DNA of 64,000 nt from an uncultured archaeon (GTDB lineage: Archaea; Asgardarchaeota; Heimdallarchaeia; Heimdallarchaeales; Heimdallarchaeaceae). Each line of letters opens with the position of its first letter. Position 1 is the first letter of the stretch. This document shows, piece by piece, positions 29,744 through 39,667 of the stretch. Under the pieces are notes generated by a model. It ran no database searches and was not told the DNA's origin. It worked only from the letters and a program-made list of their open reading frames with translations. A program made the translations under genes and the position numbers. The DNA lies in the NCBI GenBank assembly GCA_964549075.1, contig CAZJUB010000004.1:18232-82231 (forward strand). The letters are read 5' to 3'.

Positions 29744-30640
29744 ATGAATTCTGCGAATGATATAGACTTTAGCGGAAAAATAGTATATTTAGAACAGATA
29801 TTCAAAATTGCTCAAGATAGGCGATATAGTACAGCAATTGATGTATGGGCTATAGTTTTAGATGCAGAATTTTCTAATAGAAGATATCATAGTTTAGATG
29901 GTAGAGAGATCTATGGAATTACTGCTGCAGATATTGCTTCAAGTCTAAATATGCATCTAAGTTCAGTATATCATAATCTAAAAATCTTACAATCAGAAGA
30001 TTTAGACCTCCTTAATACAGAGGATTTGATAATTTATAATGAAAAAGGAAGGAGAGTACAACAAAAGGTCTACCAGATACCGAGGATATATTATGACGAA
30101 TTCCAACTTGTCCTCAAAGAACTACAGGACGAAGGTTTTCAATATCCTCATCGATTATTTACTTTTTTTAATATTTTAAAAATCAGAGGGATTCTTGCTC
30201 ATTATGCTGCTCTTCTTCACAAAGATCGAGTATTAGTAATAAATGAAATTGAAGAAGTTGAAGATTGGTATCATACTTGGTTAGATCCTATTAAAATTAA
30301 AAATAATGTTGTCGCTCCTGGAGTGATTTACAAATTTACAATAGATGATATGAGAAAAATTTTACCTCAGATCATAGAATTGCTTGATAAGAATGTAAAT
30401 AGTTATACTGATGAACATGAAGCAAAAGGGATTATGCCAATTTCCTTTAGTTATTTATTGTTTGTACCTTATAACGAGATTATGAGAGAAGGCGAATGGT
30501 TAAATAGAGATGAGTTTGAGGAAAGAGTAGCTGAAAATATGATAAAAATAGCAAATGGCGAAATAAAAGAATGCGAAAAAGATCATCAAATATTTTTTAA
30601 GTATGGTCTAGCTTGCCCTGTGTGCGGAGAAAAACCTTAA
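29744..30640 (+). CDS. HTH (ArsR-like) transcriptional regulator with C-terminal Zn ribbon
   Basis: TAADIASSLNMHLSSVYHNLKIL helix-turn-helix; CEKDH…CPVC. Confidence 0.65.
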   Translation: MNSANDIDFSGKIVYLEQIFKIAQDRRYSTAIDVWAIVLDAEFSNRRYHSLDGREIYGITAADIASSLNMHLSSVYHNLKILQSEDLDLLNTEDLIIYNEKGRRVQQKVYQIPRIYYDEFQLVLKELQDEGFQYPHRLFTFFNILKIRGILAHYAALLHKDRVLVINEIEEVEDWYHTWLDPIKIKNNVVAPGVIYKFTIDDMRKILPQIIELLDKNVNSYTDEHEAKGIMPISFSYLLFVPYNEIMREGEWLNRDEFEERVAENMIKIANGEIKECEKDHQIFFKYGLACPVCGEKP

Positions 30641-30642
30641 TT

Positions 30643-31413
30643 TTATCCTAATATTTGTCCAGAATCGACTCTTATTATTTGTCCTTGAATATGTTTTGTT
30701 TCTAGAAGGAGTTTGATCAAAGGATATATGTCTTCAGGATACAATGTTTGATTCAAAGGATTTTTTTGAAGTATTCCTTGTTGTATTTCTTCCAATGCTT
30801 TTCCTGTTTCTTCAGACTTTTTCTCGATTTCTTGGATATGTCTTTCAGTCATTACATAACCAGGCGAGATAGTATTTGTAATAATTTTATATTCTGATCC
30901 TTCTTGAGCAAAGAACCAAGTCATAGCATGGATGCCAGCTTTTGCGATACCATAAGGTAATTTTTTGTTGGAAGGTTTAAATCCTGTAGTTGAACCGAAG
31001 AGAATAATGTTTCCTCCACCTGTTGTTTGCATCCATTTCAGCGTTTCTTTCCCAATCAAAAATGCTGAATCAAGATTTATTGAAATAACCTTTCTATATT
31101 CTTCATAATTTAATTCAGTTGTTTTTTTACTATACAAACTTCCTCCTACCAGATGTATCATACCATCTAACTTTGCATATGACTCTTTCATTTTTTTAAA
31201 TGCTTCTGCAACTTCATTTTCAACAGTACAGTCACAAATAAAAAAAGATACATCAAATCCTTGAGACTTAAGTTCATCAAAATATTCTTTACTGTGTTCA
31301 GTTCCTATTCCTAGTAAGGAATACCCATCTTGGATTAGAAGTTTGGAGATTATTTTACCAATACCACTCCCTGGAGCAGCTAGTAAAATCGTTTTGCTAT
31401 TTTCATTTGGCAT
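30643..31413 (-). CDS. Short-chain dehydrogenase/reductase (SDR)
   Basis: GSGIG, YGIAK (YxxxK), ISPGYV, GQIIRVDSG. Confidence 0.88.
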   Translation of the reverse strand: MPNENSKTILLAAPGSGIGKIISKLLIQDGYSLLGIGTEHSKEYFDELKSQGFDVSFFICDCTVENEVAEAFKKMKESYAKLDGMIHLVGGSLYSKKTTELNYEEYRKVISINLDSAFLIGKETLKWMQTTGGGNIILFGSTTGFKPSNKKLPYGIAKAGIHAMTWFFAQEGSEYKIITNTISPGYVMTERHIQEIEKKSEETGKALEEIQQGILQKNPLNQTLYPEDIYPLIKLLLETKHIQGQIIRVDSGQILG

Positions 31414-31519
31414 AATTCTCTATATACCTCTCATTTTTCTTAAAATAAGTATTATCTTCAAACCAAATTTCAAGAGAGCATAAGATTTAAGGCAGTTTAT
31501 TACTATTATTATAACAGAG

Positions 31520-32179
31520 TTGATGAAAATGGAAACAGAGATAATTACACTAAATGAATACCAACTCAATCTTAACAAACTTCGTGACGCTGCAAATTAT
31601 GTATTAGATGGACAGGTAATTGCTTTTCCAACAGATACAATATATGGAATAGGATGTGATGTATTTAATACTGAAGCAGTAGAAAAGATCTATACATTAA
31701 AACAAAGGCCAAAAAATAAACCTATCAATGTTTTAATCTCTGAAGTAAATCAAGTCTATGATGTAGCACGGGATATTAAACCACTATTTTTTGAACTTGC
31801 AACACGTTTCTGGCCAGGAGGATTAACCATAATTGTAGAAAAAAACAGAAGTGTCCCTGAAGTAGTTACTTCAAAACTTAATTTTGTTGGTGTAAGAATG
31901 CCAAGAAATAATATCGTTCAACAACTAATTAAACTAGCTTATACTCCTCTAGCTGCTACAAGTGCTAACATTTCCGAACAACCTGATTCTAAAACAGCAG
32001 AAAACGTTCTAGAGTATTTTGAAGGAAAGATTCCTTGTTTAATCGATGGAGGTCCTACAGAATTAGGCAAACCTTCAACAATTCTTGATATTTCAGGTAA
32101 AACTCCAAAGATTGTCAGATCAGGTGTAATTTCTGGAGATATGTTAAGAGAAATCATTCCAAAACTTAAGGGAAAGTGA
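31520..32179 (+). CDS. tsaC: L-threonylcarbamoyladenylate synthase (short TsaC/YrdC-type Sua5)
   Basis: FPTDTIYG, KQRPKNKP, FWPGGLT, GVRMP, TSANIS, PSTILD. Confidence 0.93.
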   Translation: MMKMETEIITLNEYQLNLNKLRDAANYVLDGQVIAFPTDTIYGIGCDVFNTEAVEKIYTLKQRPKNKPINVLISEVNQVYDVARDIKPLFFELATRFWPGGLTIIVEKNRSVPEVVTSKLNFVGVRMPRNNIVQQLIKLAYTPLAATSANISEQPDSKTAENVLEYFEGKIPCLIDGGPTELGKPSTILDISGKTPKIVRSGVISGDMLREIIPKLKGK

Positions 32180-32245
32180 AAAAAGTAAAAAATGTTTAAA
32201 TAAAATGTTTTTAAGTATCTTATATCATATTACTAGGTGATAAGA

Positions 32246-32893
32246 ATGAGAACTGAAGTTATTTTTTGGGATGTTGATACACAAAGAGATTTTATGGATC
32301 CAGATGGCAAATTGTATGTAAAAGGAGCGGAGAATCTTAAAGAAAACTTGGAGAAATTAACTCAGTTTGCGAATATTAATAGAATTCGTATCTTAGGTAC
32401 TGTAGATTATCATTCTGAAGTAGATCCCGAGATAGAAAAGGACAATCCTGATTTTAATGAAACTTTCCCTCCCCATTGTATGCAGAATGATTCAGGACAA
32501 GAGAAGATTTTGGAGACAAGATCAGAGTTAACTAACTGGATAGATCCAATCACATACCCTGAGGAGAAAATCGATCAAATTTTAGAATCTAAAGGACCTA
32601 TTATTTTTAGAAAAACAACCTTTGATGGCTTCTCAAATCCTAATGTTATAACATTTATTAGTAAAATAAAACCACAAAAAGTAGTAGTTTATGGAGTAGC
32701 TATTGATTATTGTGTAAAAACTGCTATAGAAGGTCTATTGAATTTTGGAGATTTAGAGATCTATTTAGTAATCGATGCAATAGAAGGGATTAATGAAGAA
32801 AATTCTCTTAAATTAATTGAAGACTGGATACAGAAAGGCATAAAAACTGTCACAACTGAAGCAGTTCTAAAAGGGTATGTCCATGGTTCTTAG
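32246..32893 (+). CDS. pncA: Nicotinamidase/isochorismatase-family cysteine hydrolase
   Basis: DVDTQRDF, DYH, FPPHC, GVAIDYCV; AGGTGA RBS before ATG 32246. Confidence 0.85.
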   Translation: MRTEVIFWDVDTQRDFMDPDGKLYVKGAENLKENLEKLTQFANINRIRILGTVDYHSEVDPEIEKDNPDFNETFPPHCMQNDSGQEKILETRSELTNWIDPITYPEEKIDQILESKGPIIFRKTTFDGFSNPNVITFISKIKPQKVVVYGVAIDYCVKTAIEGLLNFGDLEIYLVIDAIEGINEENSLKLIEDWIQKGIKTVTTEAVLKGYVHGS

Positions 32894-33225
32894 AATGTTA
32901 GTTGATGCCACCCCTCTTTTAACATATCAGAAACAAAAGAACCAACATATCTAACATCAATACCTATTTCTTCTAACTGCTTACTAACTTCAAAATGATC
33001 ACTACAAGATTTACACGCATAGACTTCAATTCCCTCATCCAATAACATTCGAATTTCCTCTTGGAATTCTAAATCTTCTAAAATTAATTTCTCTGTAGGT
33101 CCCCAAAGAATAACTCTGACTTGATCCATCCAACCTTTGGTTTTGGAGTTGAAAGAATATGGGAAGCTTAGTTCTCTATGAACAACAGAATCTGCACTAC
33201 TTAAAATCAAAAAAACTTTATTCAT
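32890..33225 (-). CDS. DsrE-family protein
   Basis: ILWGP, ACKSC, final LTF; 111 aa. Confidence 0.8.
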   Translation of the reverse strand: MNKVFLILSSADSVVHRELSFPYSFNSKTKGWMDQVRVILWGPTEKLILEDLEFQEEIRMLLDEGIEVYACKSCSDHFEVSKQLEEIGIDVRYVGSFVSDMLKEGWHQLTF

Positions 33226-33393
33226 AATATCTCTAAAGCTAAGCAGATTTAAATCTGTTAGGATTTATCAGTTTTTTACATAAACAAACTTTGATGTTAA
33301 TTAGACTGATTCAAACATAAATAAATAAAAACTAGTTAAAAATTTACTAATTTCGTTTCAATAAAAATTTATATGTAACGAATCTTTTTTCTC

Positions 33394-34845
33394 TTGAAAT
33401 ACATGGATGACTTAATAGCTAAAGCTATAGATAAAGCTGAAAAGGGAGGCGCATCTTTTGCAGAAGTTAGAGTATTTGGTTATAAATATGAAACTGTTTC
33501 AACAAGAGATGGACAAATTGAATCTTGTGGGAATTACAATGATAGAGGATATGGTATTAGAGTAATTAAAAATGGTGCCTGGGGATTCGCATCCACTTCT
33601 ATCATTGATGAAAGCACAGTTGATGAAATTGCACAACTTGCACTTAAAGAAGCAGAAGCTACTAGTAAAGTTCAAAAGAGTAAGATTGAACTAACAGAAG
33701 AACCAATAATCAAAGATAAGTATAAAACTCCTTACAAAGTCAATCCTTTCGATATACCAATCGAAGATAAGATTGAGATTCTAAAATTATCTGACCAAAT
33801 AATTATGGAGAAAGGAAATATAATTAAATCTAGAAGCAACGGGATGAGTTTTTACAACGTTTATTTAGATTATGGAAATTCAGAAGGAACTCGCATAACT
33901 CAAGAGGAACTTTTTACAGGAGCTGATGTCTCAGTTATTGCAATTGCAAATGATAACCAATCACGGAGTGAAGGATTATTTGAAATGAGAGGTTATGAAT
34001 ACATCGATAAATTCGATTTTGAAAAAACTTCTGATTATGTCGCTAAAGAAGCAGTATTACTGGCAACAGAAGCTAAGGCTCCAAAAGTACAAAAAACTAA
34101 CTTCATTTTAGAACCATTTCAACTTGGACTAACTATTCATGAAAGCTGTGGACACCCAACTGAATTAGATAGAGTGTTAGGATGGGAAGCAGATTTTGCT
34201 GGAACTAGCTTCTTAACTTTAGATAAACTTGGAACCAATTACAAATATGGTTCAGAGAAAGTTAATCTTATTTGTGATCCTACAATGCCATATGTTTTAG
34301 GACATGAAAAGTATGATCATGAAGGAGTAGCTACTAAGAAATTTGATGTTGTTAGAGAAGGAATATTCAAAGGTTACCAATCTGATCGACAAACAGCTAA
34401 AATCGTTGGATTAGAACATAGTAACGGAAATGCGAGGATAGCACGATACAACAGAGTTCCTCTTGTTCGTATGAGTAATCTCTATCTTGAATCTGATCCT
34501 GAAGGACCAAAAGATTTAGATGAACTGATTTCTGAGACCAATGAAGGAATTTACGGTATTGGATGGAAATCTCATTCTATTGATGATAAAAGAATCAATT
34601 TCCAATTTGCTGTACAGATAGCATATGAAATCAAAAATGGCGAACTTGGACAGCCTCTAAAAAATACTATCTATCAAGCTGCAACTCCAGAATTTTGGGG
34701 TGGATTAGATATGATGACACAAGAATGGTCAATAGAAGGTCTAGGTCCTTCTTGTGGAAAAGGAGCTCCACACATGCAAGCTATGTGGGTATCTCATGGT
34801 GGCCCTTATTCCAGATTTAAGGATGTGAATATCTTTACAGGGTGA
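33394..34845 (+). CDS. tldD: TldD metalloprotease subunit
   Basis: GIRV…GAWGFAS, HESCGH, DHEGV, RMSN, CGK. Confidence 0.92.
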   Translation: MKYMDDLIAKAIDKAEKGGASFAEVRVFGYKYETVSTRDGQIESCGNYNDRGYGIRVIKNGAWGFASTSIIDESTVDEIAQLALKEAEATSKVQKSKIELTEEPIIKDKYKTPYKVNPFDIPIEDKIEILKLSDQIIMEKGNIIKSRSNGMSFYNVYLDYGNSEGTRITQEELFTGADVSVIAIANDNQSRSEGLFEMRGYEYIDKFDFEKTSDYVAKEAVLLATEAKAPKVQKTNFILEPFQLGLTIHESCGHPTELDRVLGWEADFAGTSFLTLDKLGTNYKYGSEKVNLICDPTMPYVLGHEKYDHEGVATKKFDVVREGIFKGYQSDRQTAKIVGLEHSNGNARIARYNRVPLVRMSNLYLESDPEGPKDLDELISETNEGIYGIGWKSHSIDDKRINFQFAVQIAYEIKNGELGQPLKNTIYQAATPEFWGGLDMMTQEWSIEGLGPSCGKGAPHMQAMWVSHGGPYSRFKDVNIFTG

Positions 34846-34850
34846 TATCT

Positions 34851-36230
34851 ATGAGTTTAGAACAACAAAAAGAACTATTGAGTGAATTAATTCAACTTGC
34901 ACTTAAAAGAGTAAAGGAACTTGGTGCAGAAGGGTATGTTAATGCTAATATTTCTAAACAACATGCAACTAGATTTTCAAATTCAGAAATATTACAGAAT
35001 TATGTCGATCTTCAAAGAAGCTTCGAATTGACTGTTGTATATAAGAACAAACAAAAATCAACGTCCTACACAAATGATTTCTCAAACGATAGCATACTGA
35101 GCTTAGCAGATTATGTAACCAAAGTAGCTAAATTAGTACCACCCGATCCTATGTATCCAGGAATGTTAACAGAAGAACAGAAATTTTCGAAACTTCAATT
35201 AAATGATCCAAAAGTTAGAAATATCCAACCAGATAATATTGCTGATAAAATCGAAGGAGCTATAATTGCAGGAGAAGGTATGGATCAAAAGGTTACTGGA
35301 GTTTCTGGGAACTTACTTATAGTTGATGGATATAATGTATTCTCGTCATCTGCTGATATAGAACTAGTTTTTCCAGAAACAGGGATAGTAGCAACTCTCA
35401 ACACACAAGCAATACAAGGGGAAGAAGAAAGTAGATCAAATAGCGATTTTGGAGCTAGATATTTCGATAAACTTGATATGGAGAAAGAATCCAAAGAAGT
35501 AGCTGAAAGAGCAGTAAATGGACTAGGTTCAACATCTATAGAACCCGGAGAATACGAAGTTATATTTGATCATCAAGCTGCTTCAACAATTGCTAGAATG
35601 ACAGGAATGGCTACATCTTCAATGCAACTTATAAGTAGAAGGAGTTTCTTGAATGATCGAATTGGACAACAAGTATTTGATGAAAATATATCTGTAATTC
35701 ATGAACCTCATAATCAAGATTTGTTAAGTGCTAGACCAATAGATGATGAAGGAATGGCAACTCACGGATTTCCTGTTATTGAAAATGGCGTATTGAAAAA
35801 TTACTCTTTTTCTAGATTAGATGCATCGAAATTAGGAGCTATACCGAAAGGATGTGGATTTAGTTTCTTTGGACGAACCATTGGATTCCCGTTTGCTATG
35901 GTCATGCAACCTGGCGATAAATCAAGAGAACAATTAATTTCAGAGATTGATGATGGTTTACTAATTACAAATTTCCATTATACTAATTTCGTAAACCCAC
36001 CAATTGGATCAATCACTGGTATGTCAAAAGATGGACTTTTCATAATCAAAAACGGAGAAATTATTGGTTCTGCAAAGAATATGCGATTTACAGATGAAAT
36101 ACCTAGATTTTTGAAAGAGGTTGACGTTGGAAAAGAACTGCGACAACCTGTAGGTATGATGGGTATAGGAAGTATGGTTGCTCCTATAAGATCCAAAAGT
36201 TTCAGATTTACAAGTAAAACAGGACACTAA
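34851..36230 (+). CDS. pmbA: TldE/PmbA subunit
   Basis: TRFSNSEI, PGEYEV, DDEG, IENGVL, TGMSKDG, NMRF; no HExxxH; GGTGAT RBS. Confidence 0.9.
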   Translation: MSLEQQKELLSELIQLALKRVKELGAEGYVNANISKQHATRFSNSEILQNYVDLQRSFELTVVYKNKQKSTSYTNDFSNDSILSLADYVTKVAKLVPPDPMYPGMLTEEQKFSKLQLNDPKVRNIQPDNIADKIEGAIIAGEGMDQKVTGVSGNLLIVDGYNVFSSSADIELVFPETGIVATLNTQAIQGEEESRSNSDFGARYFDKLDMEKESKEVAERAVNGLGSTSIEPGEYEVIFDHQAASTIARMTGMATSSMQLISRRSFLNDRIGQQVFDENISVIHEPHNQDLLSARPIDDEGMATHGFPVIENGVLKNYSFSRLDASKLGAIPKGCGFSFFGRTIGFPFAMVMQPGDKSREQLISEIDDGLLITNFHYTNFVNPPIGSITGMSKDGLFIIKNGEIIGSAKNMRFTDEIPRFLKEVDVGKELRQPVGMMGIGSMVAPIRSKSFRFTSKTGH

Positions 36231-36409
36231 TTCTCTTCTTTTCTTTTTTTTATTTCGAACGTATATTTTTCTTCATCAAGCCACGGACATTTTGCACAAG
36301 AATCACACGATTCATTGCAATTTCCTCTAGATATGAAAAATCTCACAAATCGCCTTTTTATCTTAGTCCAGAAAGATAGTTCATCAGCTGGTTCTTCACA
36401 TGAGTTCAT
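36227..36409 (-). CDS. Small Cys-rich protein downstream of feoB (FeoC/FeoB-associated-like)
   Basis: CxxxCxxCxxCP; GAGGT RBS at the feoB stop, ATG at 36409. Confidence 0.6.
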   Translation of the reverse strand: MNSCEEPADELSFWTKIKRRFVRFFISRGNCNESCDSCAKCPWLDEEKYTFEIKKRKEEN

Positions 36410-36419
36410 TTTTCTAACC

Positions 36420-38660
36420 TCAAACAAATTGTGCTAATACATGATAAACAATTACCGTTAGTATAATGGTTATTGCTAGTGGATAAAATATACCTACTAT
36501 TGTTAGTTTCCAGCTCTTAGTCTCAGATTTAATTGTTGCAATCGTAGCAAAACATGGAGCATAAGTTAATTGAAAAAGCAAGAAGGATATAACTTGTGAT
36601 ACTTTCCAAGTCGTAGCTGTTATTCCACCTGGATAAAGTATTGTCAAAGCTGAGATTATAGTTTCTTTTGCCGGTATTCCAAAGATTAACGGAACAGTCA
36701 TTCTCCAATCAAAGCCAAACAAAGGCATTGTAACTACTTGTAATCCTCTGCCGATATATTCAGCTATTGATAATTTGGTCACTAAAATTGGGCTCATTTG
36801 AACATAAAGGAGAACTTCACTTTCAGTAGGTTTGACAAAAGGTACATTACTGAGAAACCATATAAAGAGGGAAGCTATAAAAATAAAAGTTCCAGCTTTC
36901 TTAAGGAAGATACCACCTCGTTCCCAAGTTAGATTCATGACATTCTTGAATCTTGGTCTTCTGTAATCTGGTAGTTCTAAGATCAAGGGAATTGGATCTT
37001 CATGCTCATAAAAGATTCTAAAGAGAAAAGCTGTTAACAAAACTAGTAATAAGCTAACTCCATAAAGAAGTAACATGATTATTGCTGCTAACCAAGGTTG
37101 AAAGAATATACTAGTTAGAAACGCTATAACACCTAATCTCGCAGCACAAGGAATAAAAGAGTTAGCAATAATCATCGTTGTTCTGTCTTTTTTATTTCTG
37201 ATTGTTCTTGTTGCCATTATACCTGCAACATTACATCCAAATCCCATAATAAGACTTAGAAAAGCTGAACCTTGCATCCCGAATTTACCCATCACTTTAT
37301 CCATTAAATATGCGGACCTTGCTAAATAACCTGAATCTTCTAGAACTGCAATTAGTGTATAGAAAATCAAGATGATAGGTACAAATAAAAGAACAGCAGT
37401 AATTCCTGCTATGATTCCATTAACTAATAGACTATTCAAGAATGGAGGACTATTGATACTAACAAGCGAATTCATTGTCCAATCTGAGAATTGAGTAAAA
37501 ATCCATTCTAAACCACGTATTATAGGAGATGTAGCATAAAATGTTATTAGGAAAAATACTGCAAATACTGCTATGAGAACAGGATACCCATAGATTTTGT
37601 GAATTAGAACTTTATCAATTTTATCACTTACTGTTACTTCAAATGCTTCTCCTCCTTCAGTAACTTCATTTACTATATTATGTAAAGCACCATATTTTCT
37701 TTTAGAAATTTCAACAGATGGATCAAATTGTTCTATCCTTGCCAAATTTTCTATTTTTTCTTCAAGATTAGATAAATCAAATTCCTGAGATATTTCTTCC
37801 TTTACTAAAGAATCTCCTTCTAGTATTTTGAAAGCTAACCATCTAGTTGGATAACTCAACATGGTTTCTCTTGCTTCAATTTGTTTTGAAATATTATTAA
37901 TCATAAATTCAATTTTTGGAGGATAGACTACATTCGCAGGATTAAAGTGGTATTTATCTGTATGTAAGGAATCATAGATAAATTTCTTTATTCTCAGAAT
38001 ATCCAAAATATCATATGCACAAACATAAAGAATCGGAACTCCTAGTTTCTCTTGCAGAAGTTGAGTATCAATATCAAGACATTCTTTTTCTGCGATATCT
38101 TTCATATTTATAATGATAGCAACGTTTGAGGTCAATTCCATCACTTGAAGTGCTACAAATAAGGTTCTTTCTAATCTTGTAGCATCTGCAATTACACATA
38201 CTAAATCAGGTTTTTCTTGAACAATATATTGACGAGTAACCAATTCTTCTTCAGATCTAGCAGCAAGAGAGTAAGCACCTGGTAAGTCGATTAATGAGAA
38301 ATATTCGTCAGAAAGAATAAAATGACCTTCCTTTCTCTCTACTGTTTTTCCAGGCCAATTACCAATATGCTGGTGCGAACCTGTAAGAAGATTGAACAAC
38401 GAGGATTTACCAACGTTAGGATTACCAAGAAAAGCTATCTTATGTTCAATCGAATGATCGTTATAAATATGTCTTCGCATATGAGTACGAAAATGCATTC
38501 TAAATTCTTTTCTAAATCCAGTAAATTGTTTATTCCACTGAGTGCGAAAATGATGACTTATTCTTTGTTTAAATTTGTTAAATTGTTTACGTCTAAAACC
38601 TTTTTTTCTCTTTCTTGAAGGTCTTCCTCTTCTATGGTGATGACCACGTTTGTTAGGCAT
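36420..38660 (-). CDS. feoB: Ferrous iron transporter B with Arg/His-rich N-terminal extension
   Basis: GNPNVGKS, GNWPGKTVE, DLPG, LEDSGYLAR, GFGCNV, PCAARL, ELPDYR, YAPC. Confidence 0.95.
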   Translation of the reverse strand: MPNKRGHHHRRGRPSRKRKKGFRRKQFNKFKQRISHHFRTQWNKQFTGFRKEFRMHFRTHMRRHIYNDHSIEHKIAFLGNPNVGKSSLFNLLTGSHQHIGNWPGKTVERKEGHFILSDEYFSLIDLPGAYSLAARSEEELVTRQYIVQEKPDLVCVIADATRLERTLFVALQVMELTSNVAIIINMKDIAEKECLDIDTQLLQEKLGVPILYVCAYDILDILRIKKFIYDSLHTDKYHFNPANVVYPPKIEFMINNISKQIEARETMLSYPTRWLAFKILEGDSLVKEEISQEFDLSNLEEKIENLARIEQFDPSVEISKRKYGALHNIVNEVTEGGEAFEVTVSDKIDKVLIHKIYGYPVLIAVFAVFFLITFYATSPIIRGLEWIFTQFSDWTMNSLVSINSPPFLNSLLVNGIIAGITAVLLFVPIILIFYTLIAVLEDSGYLARSAYLMDKVMGKFGMQGSAFLSLIMGFGCNVAGIMATRTIRNKKDRTTMIIANSFIPCAARLGVIAFLTSIFFQPWLAAIIMLLLYGVSLLLVLLTAFLFRIFYEHEDPIPLILELPDYRRPRFKNVMNLTWERGGIFLKKAGTFIFIASLFIWFLSNVPFVKPTESEVLLYVQMSPILVTKLSIAEYIGRGLQVVTMPLFGFDWRMTVPLIFGIPAKETIISALTILYPGGITATTWKVSQVISFLLFQLTYAPCFATIATIKSETKSWKLTIVGIFYPLAITIILTVIVYHVLAQFV

Positions 38661-38671
38661 AAAAACAAATC

Positions 38672-38896
38672 CTAATTCACTTCAATTTTCGCTGCTAATC
38701 CCCGCCCTAAAGCTACACGTGTTCCTTTTACTTCTATTATCACTGGACCTGAATCATTCTTAATTACTTTAATTTTTTCCCCATCATGTATCCCCATATC
38801 AGCTAGAAACCTGTGAGCTTTACTACCTGCATAGATATGAATGATGGTAAGAACTCCATTCTCATGCATATCAATCAAGTATTTCTTATCAGACAT
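38672..38896 (-). CDS. feoA: Ferrous iron transport protein A
   Basis: LADMGI…GPVII…RVALGRGLAAKI. Confidence 0.92.
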   Translation of the reverse strand: MSDKKYLIDMHENGVLTIIHIYAGSKAHRFLADMGIHDGEKIKVIKNDSGPVIIEVKGTRVALGRGLAAKIEVN

Positions 38897-38923
38897 TAAT
38901 ACCCACTTCTAGCCAGCCAGAGA

Positions 38924-38945
38924 AAATTTGGACGCATCCAAATTT
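38924..38945. promoter_or_regulatory. Candidate iron-responsive (DtxR/MntR-type) operator AAATTTGGA-CGCA-TCCAAATTT
   Basis: Perfect 9-bp inverted repeat 28 nt upstream of feoA. Confidence 0.6.
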
Positions 38946-39050
38946 ATATGTTGATTGTATTGAGTTCGAGTATCTTATAAGATTATCGTTAGAACCTCTG
39001 AAATTTTGGAAAATAAGCAGCTTATCCAAATTATCTGAACAGTTCTAAAT

Positions 39051-39495
39051 TTAGACACAAAAAATGCAACTTGTTTTTAAAACCGAATCAATTTTCCGCA
39101 GTATTCGATTGTTTAAGCATCTGATCTTTTTTCAAAAGATTTTCTACTTCTAATCGAAAGAAAGATAATACTTAGAAGAGCAAAAAGAAGAAAAAATTGA
39201 TTAATACCACCTAAAACTACACTTGCAACACTCCAAATAGCTTGAACTGACCACCCTTCCATACTTATCCATCCAATAAGATGTATTATCGAAAGAATTC
39301 CACCTGTACACAGAACAACAATAAAAATAACTTACTGATCTTTAAAAATTAGAGTTACTTTAGGACTATCAAAGAAATCGTTAAAGGTATAACTGGATTT
39401 AGAACTTCGCTCTAGTTTTCTTAAAACTTTCTTTCGTAAATTTTTGGGTTTATGTTTTTGTTTGTTAGAAGGCTAGCGTCTGTGCGAAGATTCAT
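39051..39495 (-). pseudogene. Possible decayed membrane-protein gene
   Basis: One frame reads KNLRKKVLRKLE…KDQ*VIFIVVLCTGGILSIIHLIGW…AIWSVASVVLGGINQFFLLFALLSY, i.e. two TM-like helices broken by stops. Confidence 0.35.
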
Positions 39496-39574
39496 ATCTT
39501 TAAGAATTAAATAGAGCTATTAAATTTATTGCCTTATTTGCAAAAGACAAGAATTTATTGCCTTACACATGTAA

Positions 39575-39636
39575 ATTCCTACCTTCTTGTAAACCCTCTT
39601 ATTAAATGGGGTTCTTATTAAGAAGGGAGTAGGGAT
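39575..39636 (+). other. Imperfect ~62-nt stem-loop, candidate structured RNA
   Basis: ATTCCTAC/GTAGGGAT, CTTCTT/AAGAAG, AACCCT/GGGGTT arms; mismatches read as G-U pairs on the + strand. Confidence 0.45.
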
Positions 39637-39667
39637 GTTTCCAATGGAGAAAATTACAACTATACAG

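Noticed and set aside
33244-33257. Palindrome CAGATTTAAATCTG upstream of the DsrE gene
   Set aside because: Centred on the TTTAAA TATA box in AT-rich DNA; may be chance
39523-39565. 14-bp direct repeat as a mini CRISPR array
   Set aside because: Only two copies, repeat and spacer too short, no cas genes in the window
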